Shown: positions 43,532 through 53,726 of the stretch, one piece after another
Layout of the letters: every line of letters begins with the position of its first letter
Position numbering within the stretch: position 1 is the stretch's first letter
Source: Methanotrichaceae archaeon
GTDB lineage: Archaea > Halobacteriota > Methanosarcinia > Methanotrichales > Methanotrichaceae
DNA length: 64,000 nt
Direction of reading: 5' to 3'
NCBI GenBank assembly: GCA_963756915.1
Contig: CAVWPP010000036.1
Coordinates: 26,557 to 90,556 of the forward strand
The notes under the pieces: model-generated
Database searches by the model: none
Told to the model about the DNA's origin: nothing
The model's input: only the letters and a program-made list of their open reading frames with translations
Translations under genes and position numbers: made by a program

Positions 43532-43549
43532 GTATAAATAGATTCTCGC
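43532..43549 (-). promoter_or_regulatory. Probable original host BRE-TATA promoter of tRNA-Leu
   Basis: GCGAGAATCTATTTATAC ~63 nt upstream of the tRNA 5' fragment. Confidence 0.6.
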
Positions 43550-43680
43550 ATGTTTAAGCATTTCTTAATGGTTTCTGAAAAGATAATGTTTCGTTGGCTG
43601 TTTTTTAGCTCCCGCATCAAGATTCTGACATCCTCTTCGTCAAAATCCGGCCAGCGAAAACGAGAACTGACTTCAATAGA

Positions 43681-44370
43681 TCAGCGCAGCATTTGCACCG
43701 GAATCCTTCCATTGTGCACAGCCGTGGCCACCAACGCGCCGGAAAAGCCCAGGCCATCCAGCACATCTAAATCCTCTATGCCCCTTACCCCTCCACCAAG
43801 GATCAATGGGTGCTGGCTAACGGAGACGGCTTTTTTGAGAAACTCCCTGTCCAAACCCACAGAAGTGCCCACCCGATCCAACTCCAGTAAGACGACTGAC
43901 TCCAGCGGAATATCGTTAAGCTTGCCCAAAACCCGGAAAGGATCTTGTTTTGCGAGCCATGGGTCGCGGGTTAGAACCTTTCGGCCTTTCAAGTCGAGGC
44001 TCGCTATGATCTTCCTTTTCTGAGAAGCTTCTTCCATTAATCGGAGGGACGCAGTCTCCGTGCCCAAAATCAGGCTTATCTCACGAGGCAGATAATCAAG
44101 GTCCTTTTGGTTCGAAACACCAATATCCGCCATGGTCTTTGCCAAATGAGAGATGGCCATAATCACATCCAGATTATCGCCGGACCCCATTAAACGATTC
44201 AGATCTGCGACATATACTTCCCTTGGCCGAATCTCTGCAAGTACTGCCAGCGGCTCAGAAGTTGATAGAATCTGGCTATACAGTTCGATGGGTTCATACC
44301 GGCTGCGCTCTCCACGGAACGCGTGGACTACCGCACCATTAAATACATCGAGTACGAAGATGCACCGCAC
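43681..44370 (-). CDS. HisA/HisF-related TIM-barrel protein (C1-cofactor-associated type)
   Basis: VLDVFNGAVVHA..G.RSRYEP, YVADL, LGGGVRG, GALVATAVH. Confidence 0.85.
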   Translation of the reverse strand: MRCIFVLDVFNGAVVHAFRGERSRYEPIELYSQILSTSEPLAVLAEIRPREVYVADLNRLMGSGDNLDVIMAISHLAKTMADIGVSNQKDLDYLPREISLILGTETASLRLMEEASQKRKIIASLDLKGRKVLTRDPWLAKQDPFRVLGKLNDIPLESVVLLELDRVGTSVGLDREFLKKAVSVSQHPLILGGGVRGIEDLDVLDGLGFSGALVATAVHNGRIPVQMLR

Positions 44371-44391
44371 GGCTGCTCCTATCGGGATTGG

Positions 44392-45105
44392 ATGAATATG
44401 AGACTATTGGTTAGCCCCATGAATATTGAAGAAGCGCGCCTGGCCCTGCAAGGCGGCGCGGATATCTTGGACGTAAAGAATCCTAAAGAAGGCTCTTTAG
44501 GTGCGAACTTTCCTTGGGCCATCCAAGCAGTTGCCGATTTGGCCAGGGGCAAAGTGCCGGTGAGCGCGACCATCGGAGACCTGGACTATAAGCCCGGCAC
44601 GGCAAGCCTGGCGGCACTTGGCGCTGCCGTATCCGGTGCCGAGTACATAAAAGCAGGTCTTCTGGGAGTGAAAACGCCAGAACAAGCTGAAGAAATGCTG
44701 CAGGGTATTGTGCGGGCCGTTAAGGACTACGACCCGAATAAGAAAGTAGTGGCCTCAGGATACTCAGACTATATCAGAGCGGGCTCCATATCGCCCATGC
44801 TTTTGCCTGCAGCAGCATCAAATGCGGGGGCAGATATAGTTATGGTGGATACGGCTGTAAAGGATGGAAGGCCGACCTTTGATTTCATGAGCGAGAAGGA
44901 CCTCTCGAATTTTATCTCTACCGGCCATGAATCAGGTCTGGAAGTTGCCCTGGCTGGGAGTATCGGCTTCCCGCATCTGGACCTACTGAAGAGGCTAAAC
45001 CCGGATATTATCGGAGTGCGTGGGATCGTCTGCGGTGGAGATAGAAAGAGCGCCATACGCTCGGAACTGGTTGAAAATGTGAAGCGAAAATTATCGCAAC
45101 CCTAA
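44392..45105 (+). CDS. mfnB: (5-formylfuran-3-yl)methyl phosphate synthase (methanofuran pathway)
   Basis: LLVSP..EA...GGADILDVKNPKEGSLGA, SATIGD, MVDTAVKDG, ALAGS, DIIGVRG. Confidence 0.93.
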   Translation: MNMRLLVSPMNIEEARLALQGGADILDVKNPKEGSLGANFPWAIQAVADLARGKVPVSATIGDLDYKPGTASLAALGAAVSGAEYIKAGLLGVKTPEQAEEMLQGIVRAVKDYDPNKKVVASGYSDYIRAGSISPMLLPAAASNAGADIVMVDTAVKDGRPTFDFMSEKDLSNFISTGHESGLEVALAGSIGFPHLDLLKRLNPDIIGVRGIVCGGDRKSAIRSELVENVKRKLSQP

Positions 45106-45329
45106 ATTATATTTAATCTAAGGCCGCATATTATGGGTTCACCCAGTGATACTCTTTAGCAGCTCAAGAGATAAGGAATACCTAAATCCCTAATAGCTCC
45201 AAGAGCAATTTCGTTATCCCCGTCATTTCAAGCAAGAATTAGGACTACAATTTTTCAATCGCAGAAGGCGAGAACGAGATGGAGACCGGTAATCTGTTAG
45301 GCGGTAGAAGCATATATTTTATCTAAAGA

Positions 45330-46922
45330 CTAAGCTCTTCTCGACCCAAAGACTTTCTTGAGCAGACTTCCTCCGGCCTTCTCCTTCTTATCACTATTCC
45401 TTTCTGGTGATTCAAGCTTTTTATCATGAATCCTCGGAGAACGAGTGGATCCAGTTGGTCCGACTTTTTCCTTAGCAACAATTTGGGTGCTTACGCCTCC
45501 GTGCCTTGATTTCCTGGGCCGGATATTCACGGTTATTGGCCGTTCGATTTCATTGCTTACGAGCATTGCCACGCCCGAAGGCAGCCGTTTGATCTCTTCT
45601 TCCAAGTCAGAGGTCATACCTTCGAGGCCTTTGCTCAAAGCTCTGAGATCGTTGGGGTTCGTAACCCTCATAATGATTTGAGTATTGCACTGCGAGATGA
45701 CGTTTTTATCCACGCGAGCTGGTCTTTGACTGATGATCATTAGCCCCAGGCCGAACTTTCTACCCTCTGCTGCAATAGTACGTACAATATTTGTGGAAGC
45801 CGCGTTTCCTGTACCCCTTTCCGGGATATAGTTATGAGCCTCTTCGACAACAACCATGCCTGGAGATATCAGCCTTCTTTTTCTTGCCTCGAAAATATCC
45901 GTTAGAAGGCGAGAGACGATCATGGCCTGCAATTCAGGAATGATGCCGGTCATATCAATTACTGATGCCCTTCCCGGTCGAAGTAGCTCCTCTACCGGGG
46001 TTGCTGCGCCGGAGAAGAGACCAAGTTCAAGGAGCGATTCCAGCTGACCAACCAAGTTCCATTTCACCTTTGAGTTGCTGCGTACAACTTGATCGATGAT
46101 ATCCTCCAGGGTGTAAGCGTCAGTTTCAGCACGCAGAGCGCTGATAGCCTCATAGAGCAATCCCAATTGGCCACTGCTACTGCTCTCATGGGGAATCATC
46201 TTCGCAACCTCCCTTGCAGAAAGACTCAATCCGTTGAAGCGAAAAGGACGATCTGCTCTTGGATTCATAGCCATTTCGCCAGGAGTATAAACGGTAGCAT
46301 CATAACCTCTAGGCTTGATTTTGTATTTCGCAAAATTGCCTTCTTTGTTGGCCTCTTTAATAGAAGCATATTCCCCATGTGGATCGATGACCAGTAGAGC
46401 AACTTTTCGTTCCAGCAGCTCCTCAAGGATTACGGCTGCTGTATAGGACTTTCCCGATCCTGTCTTGGCCAAGACGCTGCAGTGTTTTTGAACCAGTGTA
46501 TTGGCGTCAATCTCCACTCTTATATCGTAGCCCCGTAGCATACCGATGTACATGTCTCCCTTAGCAAGGCCCAGTGTTGCCTTTATCAATTTTTCATCTG
46601 CAATGAATACCGAATCCCCAGGTCGGGCCGGACTAGTTGGAAGATGCAGTTTGCCGTTGCTTCCCACACCAATAACCCTGGCCTCAGCGATCATCATTTC
46701 TCTCGAATCATAATTTCTAGCGGCGTCATTGAGCTGGTTTACACTATAGGCAGAGTTGGACCTCTTTATGTCTTCAACCTGGGCCAAGATCCACTCCTTT
46801 CCCTCCGCTCTGGCCTTGATGTAAGTGCCTCTTCCAACTTCTTTGTTTATTAGAAACTTGAATGCTATGGGGTTGGTCTCGCCGATAATTGTGCCGACCG
46901 ATCCCTTAACCATTGACATCAA
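45330..46922 (-). CDS. HerA-like ATPase (HAS barrel + DUF87)
   Basis: AKTGSGKS, VVEEAH, EGRKFG..SQRP..ISQCNT. Confidence 0.9.
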   Translation of the reverse strand: MMSMVKGSVGTIIGETNPIAFKFLINKEVGRGTYIKARAEGKEWILAQVEDIKRSNSAYSVNQLNDAARNYDSREMMIAEARVIGVGSNGKLHLPTSPARPGDSVFIADEKLIKATLGLAKGDMYIGMLRGYDIRVEIDANTLVQKHCSVLAKTGSGKSYTAAVILEELLERKVALLVIDPHGEYASIKEANKEGNFAKYKIKPRGYDATVYTPGEMAMNPRADRPFRFNGLSLSAREVAKMIPHESSSSGQLGLLYEAISALRAETDAYTLEDIIDQVVRSNSKVKWNLVGQLESLLELGLFSGAATPVEELLRPGRASVIDMTGIIPELQAMIVSRLLTDIFEARKRRLISPGMVVVEEAHNYIPERGTGNAASTNIVRTIAAEGRKFGLGLMIISQRPARVDKNVISQCNTQIIMRVTNPNDLRALSKGLEGMTSDLEEEIKRLPSGVAMLVSNEIERPITVNIRPRKSRHGGVSTQIVAKEKVGPTGSTRSPRIHDKKLESPERNSDKKEKAGGSLLKKVFGSRRA

Positions 46923-47457
46923 ACATAATCACCGCAAAAGCAAGTTATCACATTTGCATTCATTTGCTACTCCGTCTAGATCCTTTTTATTTTCTCTAAA
47001 TGGATATTATGCACCGGTACATTATTTATTTCAATGATTTTATTACGCCCTTCATGCCTCATTTCTATTTCAAGATAGATCTAGATGTATAAAAACTTGG
47101 TCCAAAAATGATCGACTTTCCTGATCTACTCACTATTCTTGTAACAGTCTTCCGATGAGTTATCCACTGATCAATAAGCTCATATTACCAAATCTTTGCT
47201 TTCATTGCATGGATTGAAATAATAAGAAGTTAAGATTTAGCATTGTCAATTCTATTGACTTCACTTCAGTAGCCATATTGCCGTTGGCTCACGGACTGAG
47301 AGCGCTCCAATATGAAGAACTCCAGGTTTTCAATATCATGCCCAGCAAAACATCATTGTAAGTTTACGTAGCCCAAATTCACGGGTGGTAAAGAGTATTA
47401 TTTTTCCGGGTTTCTGTCGTAATAGTTTTTTTTCTCAGCTCAACTTCTGTATAGCCG

Positions 47458-47883
47458 CTATTGTGCGTCCTTATCTTCTTGCATCATGCCAAAGATATTA
47501 TTCGCAGTGTCCTTACAGTAAGCTAGCCACCCGACACCTTTTACCGCCATCTTGGAGAGTGCGATGCTCCCGCCAGCTTTGAGAGCTTTTTTAACATACT
47601 CGTCCAGGTTGGCAACGCCTATTGTACAAACATATGCGTTAACTGGTTGTCCTTCTGTGGGTGCTGAACCCCTGCGGAACAAGAGGCCGCCGTTGATACC
47701 AGGTTCCATCTCGGGTCCAGTCGTCACCAGCCAGTAACGATTTTCATCTTTCAGCTTGACGCCTGGTACGACCCACTCATTTATCTCCCAACCAAATACA
47801 TCTTTGTAAAACTTCACAGCTCTTTCGGGGTCGCTTGCCTGTATCTCGAAATGTATTATTCTGTTCATGTGATAATTCTCCAT
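47458..47883 (-). CDS. VOC/glyoxalase family protein
   Basis: IHFEI..DPERA..FY..VFGW, GINGG, DTANNIFG. Confidence 0.9.
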   Translation of the reverse strand: MENYHMNRIIHFEIQASDPERAVKFYKDVFGWEINEWVVPGVKLKDENRYWLVTTGPEMEPGINGGLLFRRGSAPTEGQPVNAYVCTIGVANLDEYVKKALKAGGSIALSKMAVKGVGWLAYCKDTANNIFGMMQEDKDAQ

Positions 47884-48028
47884 ATACTATCATGCCTTTG
47901 AATTATAGTCTTGCACCAAAGGCTTGAAACTAATAACCTATTTCAGAGGTATTGAAGATTTGTTCCTACTAAAGTTCGAATTCATGAATTCCACAATTAT
48001 ATCAATAAGTTAAGCCATTAATAGGTAT

Positions 48029-48436
48029 ATGTCACTAAAAGAGAGCATCTTCAAGGTAATAGGCGGCCAAGTCATCGCTGCCATAGCCACGATCAAGGAA
48101 GGCAAGCCGATCGTGCGGTATATGGCCGTTGTTGGCCTGGACGACCTAAACCTGATAGGAGCCACCAAGAAGGACTCCCGTAAAGTCGAGCAGATAAATA
48201 AAAATCCAGACGTGGCCCTCACCATCTGGTCCGGCAAGAATTTCAGCGATCCTTATGTTATGATACAGGGCAAGGCTAAGATTTATGACGATCTGGAGAC
48301 CAAAAAGAAGTTCTGGAATCCCATGATGGAACCCTATTTTAAGAAACCTGAGAATCCCGATTATGTGGTTCTCAAGTTCATTCCACAGAGGATAGAGTAT
48401 TATCACGATATGACCATGGACGTATGGGATGGTTGA
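48029..48436 (+). CDS. Pyridoxamine 5'-phosphate oxidase-like (general stress protein 26 type)
   Basis: ATIKEGKPIVRYM, SRKVEQINKNPDV, FW..YF..PENPDY. Confidence 0.85.
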   Translation: MSLKESIFKVIGGQVIAAIATIKEGKPIVRYMAVVGLDDLNLIGATKKDSRKVEQINKNPDVALTIWSGKNFSDPYVMIQGKAKIYDDLETKKKFWNPMMEPYFKKPENPDYVVLKFIPQRIEYYHDMTMDVWDG

Positions 48437-49015
48437 TCACATCTTTTTTTCTGCCCCACTGGTTAGTTGGGTTATGATGCTGACCGGCGTAATTACTTTT
48501 TGGTATTATTAAAAAAAGTGAAAGATGATAATTTTCAGTATTATTTGATTTAGCTGTTGTTTGGACAGTAATTGCTGAAATTGTTTTTGATTTACCTATT
48601 TATTGTTAAAGAATTTACGCCAGTAGACAGATATTACAGGCGGGATGTGTATTTATACTACGCAATAACTTTTGTCAGCTGCTTATTGTTGCGTGGTGAA
48701 AAAAAAGAAGGTCATAGGAGTCCGCATCTGGCCAGTTACAGGGGCTGGAGTCAGACCAGATGATTAATGGTAAATCAATTCAAAAGAACGAGTATATCTA
48801 TGACGCAGCCTAGGAATGGGAGGTAGCGGCCTTTCCTAGTTCCTTGAGAGGCAGCCCCTGCCAAATCATACGGCCAATAGCTATGACCTTTCCCATTCCA
48901 AGAAAGGAGAGTTATCGCTTGTGCCTCATAGAGCAAAGGATTCTGTTTTCGACGATCAGAGCGCTATGGTTTCTCAGCCCTGTGGCGACTACCTCCGCAG
49001 TTCCTCTTATCCAGT

Positions 49016-49843
49016 TTACCTGCTCACAGCTTTCAGATCCAGTTTGGTTGTCTGGTTCCGGTATACGACGACAGATGCTGGTATAACGCTGTGATTTGAT
49101 GACTGCGCCCCGATGCTATGCTGCGCTGGCAGGACCTTTACTCGGTAATTGCCGAGGGTGTCTGTCATTATTCTAGTAGGGTTATAATCTACTGTTATCT
49201 CAGCTGAGGCCACACCTTCACCGTTCTTCTGATCATATACTCTGCCCTCAACGAAGCCAAATGCCTCCTCTGTAACATTGTTTGGAGAAGTCGTAATCGG
49301 ACCCTGGTCCGTAGCCACATGGAAGCTACTCAGCAGCCCCGCTGTAACATTCTGGGGATACGTGGAGGCGATATTCACGAGCACTGTGCCAACAGACACC
49401 GGCCCGCATTCGCAATCCTTGCTGTCCAGCCAGTACTGGGCCTGGTAGAACTTGGATCCGCTGCTAACGCCGACGAAAGGCATTCCAGAGAGCAAGAAAC
49501 CGTTCATGTTGTCGATGACCATTTCTTCTGGGGCAGTGACGTTAATGCCTTCGAGAGCCATTCGCAGGGCTGTGATCTCCTCGTTCACTCCCAGAATTGA
49601 GGGCGTGAGGTTGTTGTATTGAGTTATGCTTATGGATGCACCCGTTGTATTATTAGTTGTTATCACGAGCGGATAGATGGTGGCAAAAGAATAGACTGCC
49701 GGATTTTGTGTCTGGATCGAGTAGCTCATATTGGTGCTCATATTAAACGATACTGTATAAGGTCCGAGCTGACCCGTCTCGGAGGCTGCTAAAGCCGCTG
49801 AAGATAGCATCAGCATTAAGATTACTGCAATTGATAGTTTCAC
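49016..49843 (-). CDS. Secreted protein with C-terminal carboxypeptidase-regulatory-like domain
   Basis: Signal peptide; GRVYD..GEGV..A..TDTLGNY. Confidence 0.75.
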   Translation of the reverse strand: MKLSIAVILMLMLSSAALAASETGQLGPYTVSFNMSTNMSYSIQTQNPAVYSFATIYPLVITTNNTTGASISITQYNNLTPSILGVNEEITALRMALEGINVTAPEEMVIDNMNGFLLSGMPFVGVSSGSKFYQAQYWLDSKDCECGPVSVGTVLVNIASTYPQNVTAGLLSSFHVATDQGPITTSPNNVTEEAFGFVEGRVYDQKNGEGVASAEITVDYNPTRIMTDTLGNYRVKVLPAQHSIGAQSSNHSVIPASVVVYRNQTTKLDLKAVSR

Positions 49844-50110
49844 AGATTTTTCACCTAGTATATAATGCCGCTCTTTATAGAAAAGCCTTACTTCGATGCA
49901 AATTAGGATCTAATGCACTGACCAACAGTCCGGGTTATTTTTCAGACTGACTGAGGGGACCCATTTTTTTGGGGGCAGTCAGCTCAATAGGTTCAACGCA
50001 GTTTTGAGTTCATACTTTGATTTATTAAACTTTATATATGTATAAATTGAAAGTCTTTAATATTATGGTACCAAAAGTTTTTTATTCAATGGCAGCCTAT
50101 TAGAGTAACT

Positions 50111-50324
50111 ATGGCAAAAGAAGAGTATAAGCAACTGTCCTGCAGCGATGTGGGTATGGCGTGCGGCTTTCAGGTACGTGCGAAGACTGAAAGCAGAGGT
50201 CATGAAGCATGCAAAGACTCACGCTGCTGAAGCCCACGGGTTGAAGGAAATTTCGGCGGATACAGAAAAGAAAATTAAGAACGCCATAAAAACAGTATCA
50301 ACAGACGTTCCGGAGAAGAATTAA
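50111..50324 (+). CDS. DUF1059 small metal-binding protein; frameshift ~50191
   Basis: MAKEEYKQLSCSDVGMACGFQVRAKTE / AEVMKHAKTHAAEAHGLKEIS...*. Confidence 0.8.
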
Positions 50325-50355
50325 GAATTATCATAATTAAAAGGATGTGATTTAA

Positions 50356-50436
50356 ATGGAAAGCATTTATAGTGGCGGACTAATTGGCCTTGTGGTTCTA
50401 ATCATCTTGGTCGTTGTTCTACTAAGGATAATATGA
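50356..50436 (+). CDS. 26-aa single-TM small protein
   Basis: MESIYSGGLIGLVVLIILVVVLLRII*, preceded by SD-like AGGATGTGA and followed by a hairpin. Confidence 0.65.
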   Translation: MESIYSGGLIGLVVLIILVVVLLRII

Positions 50437-50440
50437 ATGA

Positions 50441-50477
50441 TGATGCTACCCTCAAACCGGTAGCGTCAGGATTTTTA
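50441..50477 (+). terminator. Hairpin plus T-run
   Basis: TGATGCTACC/GGTAGCGTCA stem, then ATTTTT. Confidence 0.5.
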
Positions 50478-50706
50478 AGGCTGACAACAAGGAGATTTCG
50501 TAAATATTGACCAGACACACGCGTGGTTTATGCTATCTACATTTTTCCCATTAACTTCAATTGGAAAATTATGCGAAAGTAGTTATAATTATGCACTTGT
50601 AGGTGTTATGTGACCTACAAAGATCCAAAATGCACAAGCTCTGCGGTCGAGACTGACAGACAAATGGTAAATGCACCTAGGTGATAAATAACGCTATCTT
50701 ATAATC

Positions 50707-50970
50707 CTACTGGCTCAAGCCATCCAGGCTAGTTTTAAGTTCCTTAAGGACTGTATCGATATTTTCGCGCGACTGTTCCAGCAATTCTTTTGACACTTCG
50801 GTCTCTTTTCCGCCTGCAAGCTTGATAGTGTGCTGAGATGAATTTAAGGTGGTTTTGGTTTTTGCAGGTTTCATCTGCCGTATCAATATATTGAATCGTA
50901 TAAGCAATTTTTGATTTGAGAATCCTGCAATAGCGTAAGAGAGATCTATTCCCGCAACTTTAACATCCAT
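50707..50970 (-). CDS. Hypothetical protein or gene fragment
   Basis: 87-aa ORF with a helical C-terminus; no motif recognised. Confidence 0.35.
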   Translation of the reverse strand: MDVKVAGIDLSYAIAGFSNQKLLIRFNILIRQMKPAKTKTTLNSSQHTIKLAGGKETEVSKELLEQSRENIDTVLKELKTSLDGLSQ

Positions 50971-51056
50971 AAAAATTTATACTTTGAGTTCTTACTATGA
51001 ACTCCAGTCTGCTCCTTAAAGGCTTAGGTTACTTTCAGTAAGCGATCTACCTATTC

Positions 51057-51389
51057 GTGAGCGAGACTATTTTCAGAGGGGGTTACTTAGTGCATACGTT
51101 ATCTGCGATTGAGATCGAAGAGTTTGCATCGCTTCATGGTGCACAAAAAGAAGATGTCGAGTATTTTCTGTATACTGTTGGGCAACCCGGCACGGAAGAA
51201 GGTGCGCGTTTGAACCTTTTCTACGATGCGCGTCTTTATAGTTGGAATATTTTGACTATAAGGGCCATAGAGGCAGGCATACAGTCGGCTTATGCTGAAG
51301 AAGCGGCGAATTCAGAAGCGATCTATGATGGAATATCAACGCCTCTTCCTGGTGCGGCTTACTCACTTTGGCCTTACAACAATCGATAA
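51057..51389 (+). CDS. Hypothetical protein
   Basis: 110-aa ORF with protein-like composition; likely start after the GAGGGGG SD. Confidence 0.55.
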   Translation: MSETIFRGGYLVHTLSAIEIEEFASLHGAQKEDVEYFLYTVGQPGTEEGARLNLFYDARLYSWNILTIRAIEAGIQSAYAEEAANSEAIYDGISTPLPGAAYSLWPYNNR

Positions 51390-51580
51390 ATCATGCGAAC
51401 GTCCTATTGGCCAAATCTTTTATTCCTAATTTTCGTCAGGCATAACATCTAGCAGTTCCTAAATGCAGCCTCAGTCAATTGCAGCCACCGCTAATTTCAA
51501 GGTGAAGATATCCACAACTTGCACAATCTAATTAGCCAAAGATCCAATGGGAGCAAACCCAAATGACGGAAGAATAAATA

Positions 51581-52009
51581 ATGTGTGAAATGCAAATATA
51601 CATAATGCGAGGGATTAAAATGAGATGTTTTTTATCATTTATTGTCTTAATAATTTTTTCATGCTTAGCCTATGCGGAGGACGCGAGGTTTGATGGCCAT
51701 GCACTCTTGCATTTTCAGGAGGATGGAGCTAGAGGATGGTTTATTTGCGTAGACCAAGTCATAGATGGACCTGCAGATCTGTTCGGCGACAATATCTCGG
51801 TTTATTTGACCTCTGCAAATCCTGAAGAATATCCACCAGGATTTATCGATCCAAACATAAAGGTGGGAGATAATGTTTCTGTATATGGATGGCTACAAAC
51901 ATATGGATCTGATGATTACCATATTTTACTGGTTGGATCAGATAAATACTACATCAAGCCACAAAGCCAGGAAGAAGTTCCTCAAAAATTTTGGTGGCAA
52001 TTCTGGTGA
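51581..52009 (+). CDS. Secreted hypothetical protein (OB-fold-like)
   Basis: Signal peptide; IKVGDNVSVYG. Confidence 0.65.
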   Translation: MCEMQIYIMRGIKMRCFLSFIVLIIFSCLAYAEDARFDGHALLHFQEDGARGWFICVDQVIDGPADLFGDNISVYLTSANPEEYPPGFIDPNIKVGDNVSVYGWLQTYGSDDYHILLVGSDKYYIKPQSQEEVPQKFWWQFW

Positions 52010-52482
52010 AGGAGATAATGCGGAAAATATATTGAGATGGCTTGACAGCATTTGCAGTTACAAATTCTCGCCACCGAAACCACCCACAAGGCACGATTAA
52101 CAAGGACAAAGCCGAGGCCCTCGCCTATGAAAAGGAGAACCATTCACTAGTGCTTACAGGAGACTCCATTAGGATTGCAGGTCGCACGCATTCGATATAG
52201 AACTTTTACGAGGGCAGCATCAGCTTCATTGAACTTGCCCTGCGTTCGAAACGCATTACATTTTTCGGTTCAGTCTTTTGGGTATAAATAGTTGCACTTT
52301 TTTTTGATATTTAAAGAAGAGTTTATTGAAATCTATATGTGAATATGTTCATGGCACTTCTGGTTTTTGATAGCAAAATCTTTTATTCAATGCCATCATA
52401 CTATATCAAGAATATTGGTTAACTCGAGTGAAGATAGACTACCAGTATTGAAGCATTATTTCGTAATTTAGATAATCAGAAG

Positions 52483-52797
52483 TTGGTGGCCATTATGGTA
52501 GACGTAAGAGCAAATCCAGAATTTAAGTCTTCTTCTCCTTTCGGGGCTGAAGAGCACTATCGGGAATTCACCTGTACAGAGGAATATGAAGGCAAAGAAT
52601 GTGGCTTCAAGGTGCTGGCCAAGACTGATGATGAAGTCATTGAGCATGCACATATGCACCAGGACATAGCTCACGGCGTGAAGGAGATATCGTCTGATCT
52701 GGAAAAGAAAATCAAGGCACATATCAAGGTAGTGCCGATCAAATTTGGAGATTCAAGGGTAGCTAAGAAAAAATCTCTCCTGGATACTTGCGTATAA
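52483..52797 (+). CDS. DUF1059 small metal-binding protein (second copy)
   Basis: FTC...ECGFKVLAKTDDEVIEHAHMH..AHG. Confidence 0.8.
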   Translation: MVAIMVDVRANPEFKSSSPFGAEEHYREFTCTEEYEGKECGFKVLAKTDDEVIEHAHMHQDIAHGVKEISSDLEKKIKAHIKVVPIKFGDSRVAKKKSLLDTCV

Positions 52798-53021
52798 AAA
52801 CCAAAAATATCCAGGCTTAAAGGCTGGATGGCAATTTTTCTCCAAAATAGTCAAAAGGCATGACGTTACTTTATGTGCTTATAATAGAAAAAGCCACGAG
52901 CATCCTTCTTTTTAATATTCAAACCTGCAGTCTGATTCCCTGTCGCAGGGGAATGCCTGAGGGCCGAGCTGGTAGGGCAGGGATGAAAACGAATGAGGGC
53001 AATAATAGCATAGGAGTAATT

Positions 53022-53180
53022 ATGGCAGAAACTCGTTTCCTAACCAACTGTCCAAGATGCGGCTACATAGCTGAGGCCAGGACAGAGGACGGAGTCACGG
53101 TAAAAATACACTGCAAAATGTGTGGTTACGAGGGAACTCAGCCTCATCCCGACCTTAAAGAAAGACCTTGGAGAGTCTGA
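53022..53180 (+). CDS. 52-aa Zn-ribbon protein
   Basis: CPRCG...CKMCG; AGGAG SD before ATG 53022. Confidence 0.75.
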   Translation: MAETRFLTNCPRCGYIAEARTEDGVTVKIHCKMCGYEGTQPHPDLKERPWRV

Positions 53181-53329
53181 TAGCATTTGCTCGAAAATGG
53201 CGCTAGATGTCTCATTCCCTGCACGTAATCACATTTTCATGATCCACATCTCCAGGTCATGTCCTCGATAGGATGGAGATTACCAGCTGGCTCGCCAAGA
53301 TCTAAGCCTTCAAATAGAGTTTGATGGAT

Positions 53330-53470
53330 CTTTTATATCCCAGCACATTGGCCTTGGCAAAAGCGAGCTTCGCCTCACTAGTACGACCTAGTAACTCGAA
53401 AGCCCAGCCTTTGCCCGTTCCAGCCATCGGCACATTATTCGGTCAATAAAGATTGCCCTACCAAAGGCCG
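53330..53470 (-). pseudogene. Degenerate TPR C-terminal fragment
   Basis: KGWAFELLGRTSEAKLAFAKANVLGYK resembles the end of the 39594-42641 protein. Confidence 0.65.
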
Positions 53471-53726
53471 TGCACCTTCTGGCACCTATCGAGATTTTGC
53501 ATAGCAGATTATCTGGCATATTCTGGCATATATTTTCCGGCGAGAAAATTCGAAAAATTGACTTCGACATTTAGCTAAACCGAAATCGTCATATAGTAAT
53601 AATAGAAAGGATCGATTTGACTCAGAAGCTGTATGAAATAAACGGGCAAAGAGTGTTCTTGGCTTCCAAAGTCGAGGTTAACCGGGAGCGCTGGGTCTCA
53701 TCAGTTCAGATCCGGGATAGGTCGAT

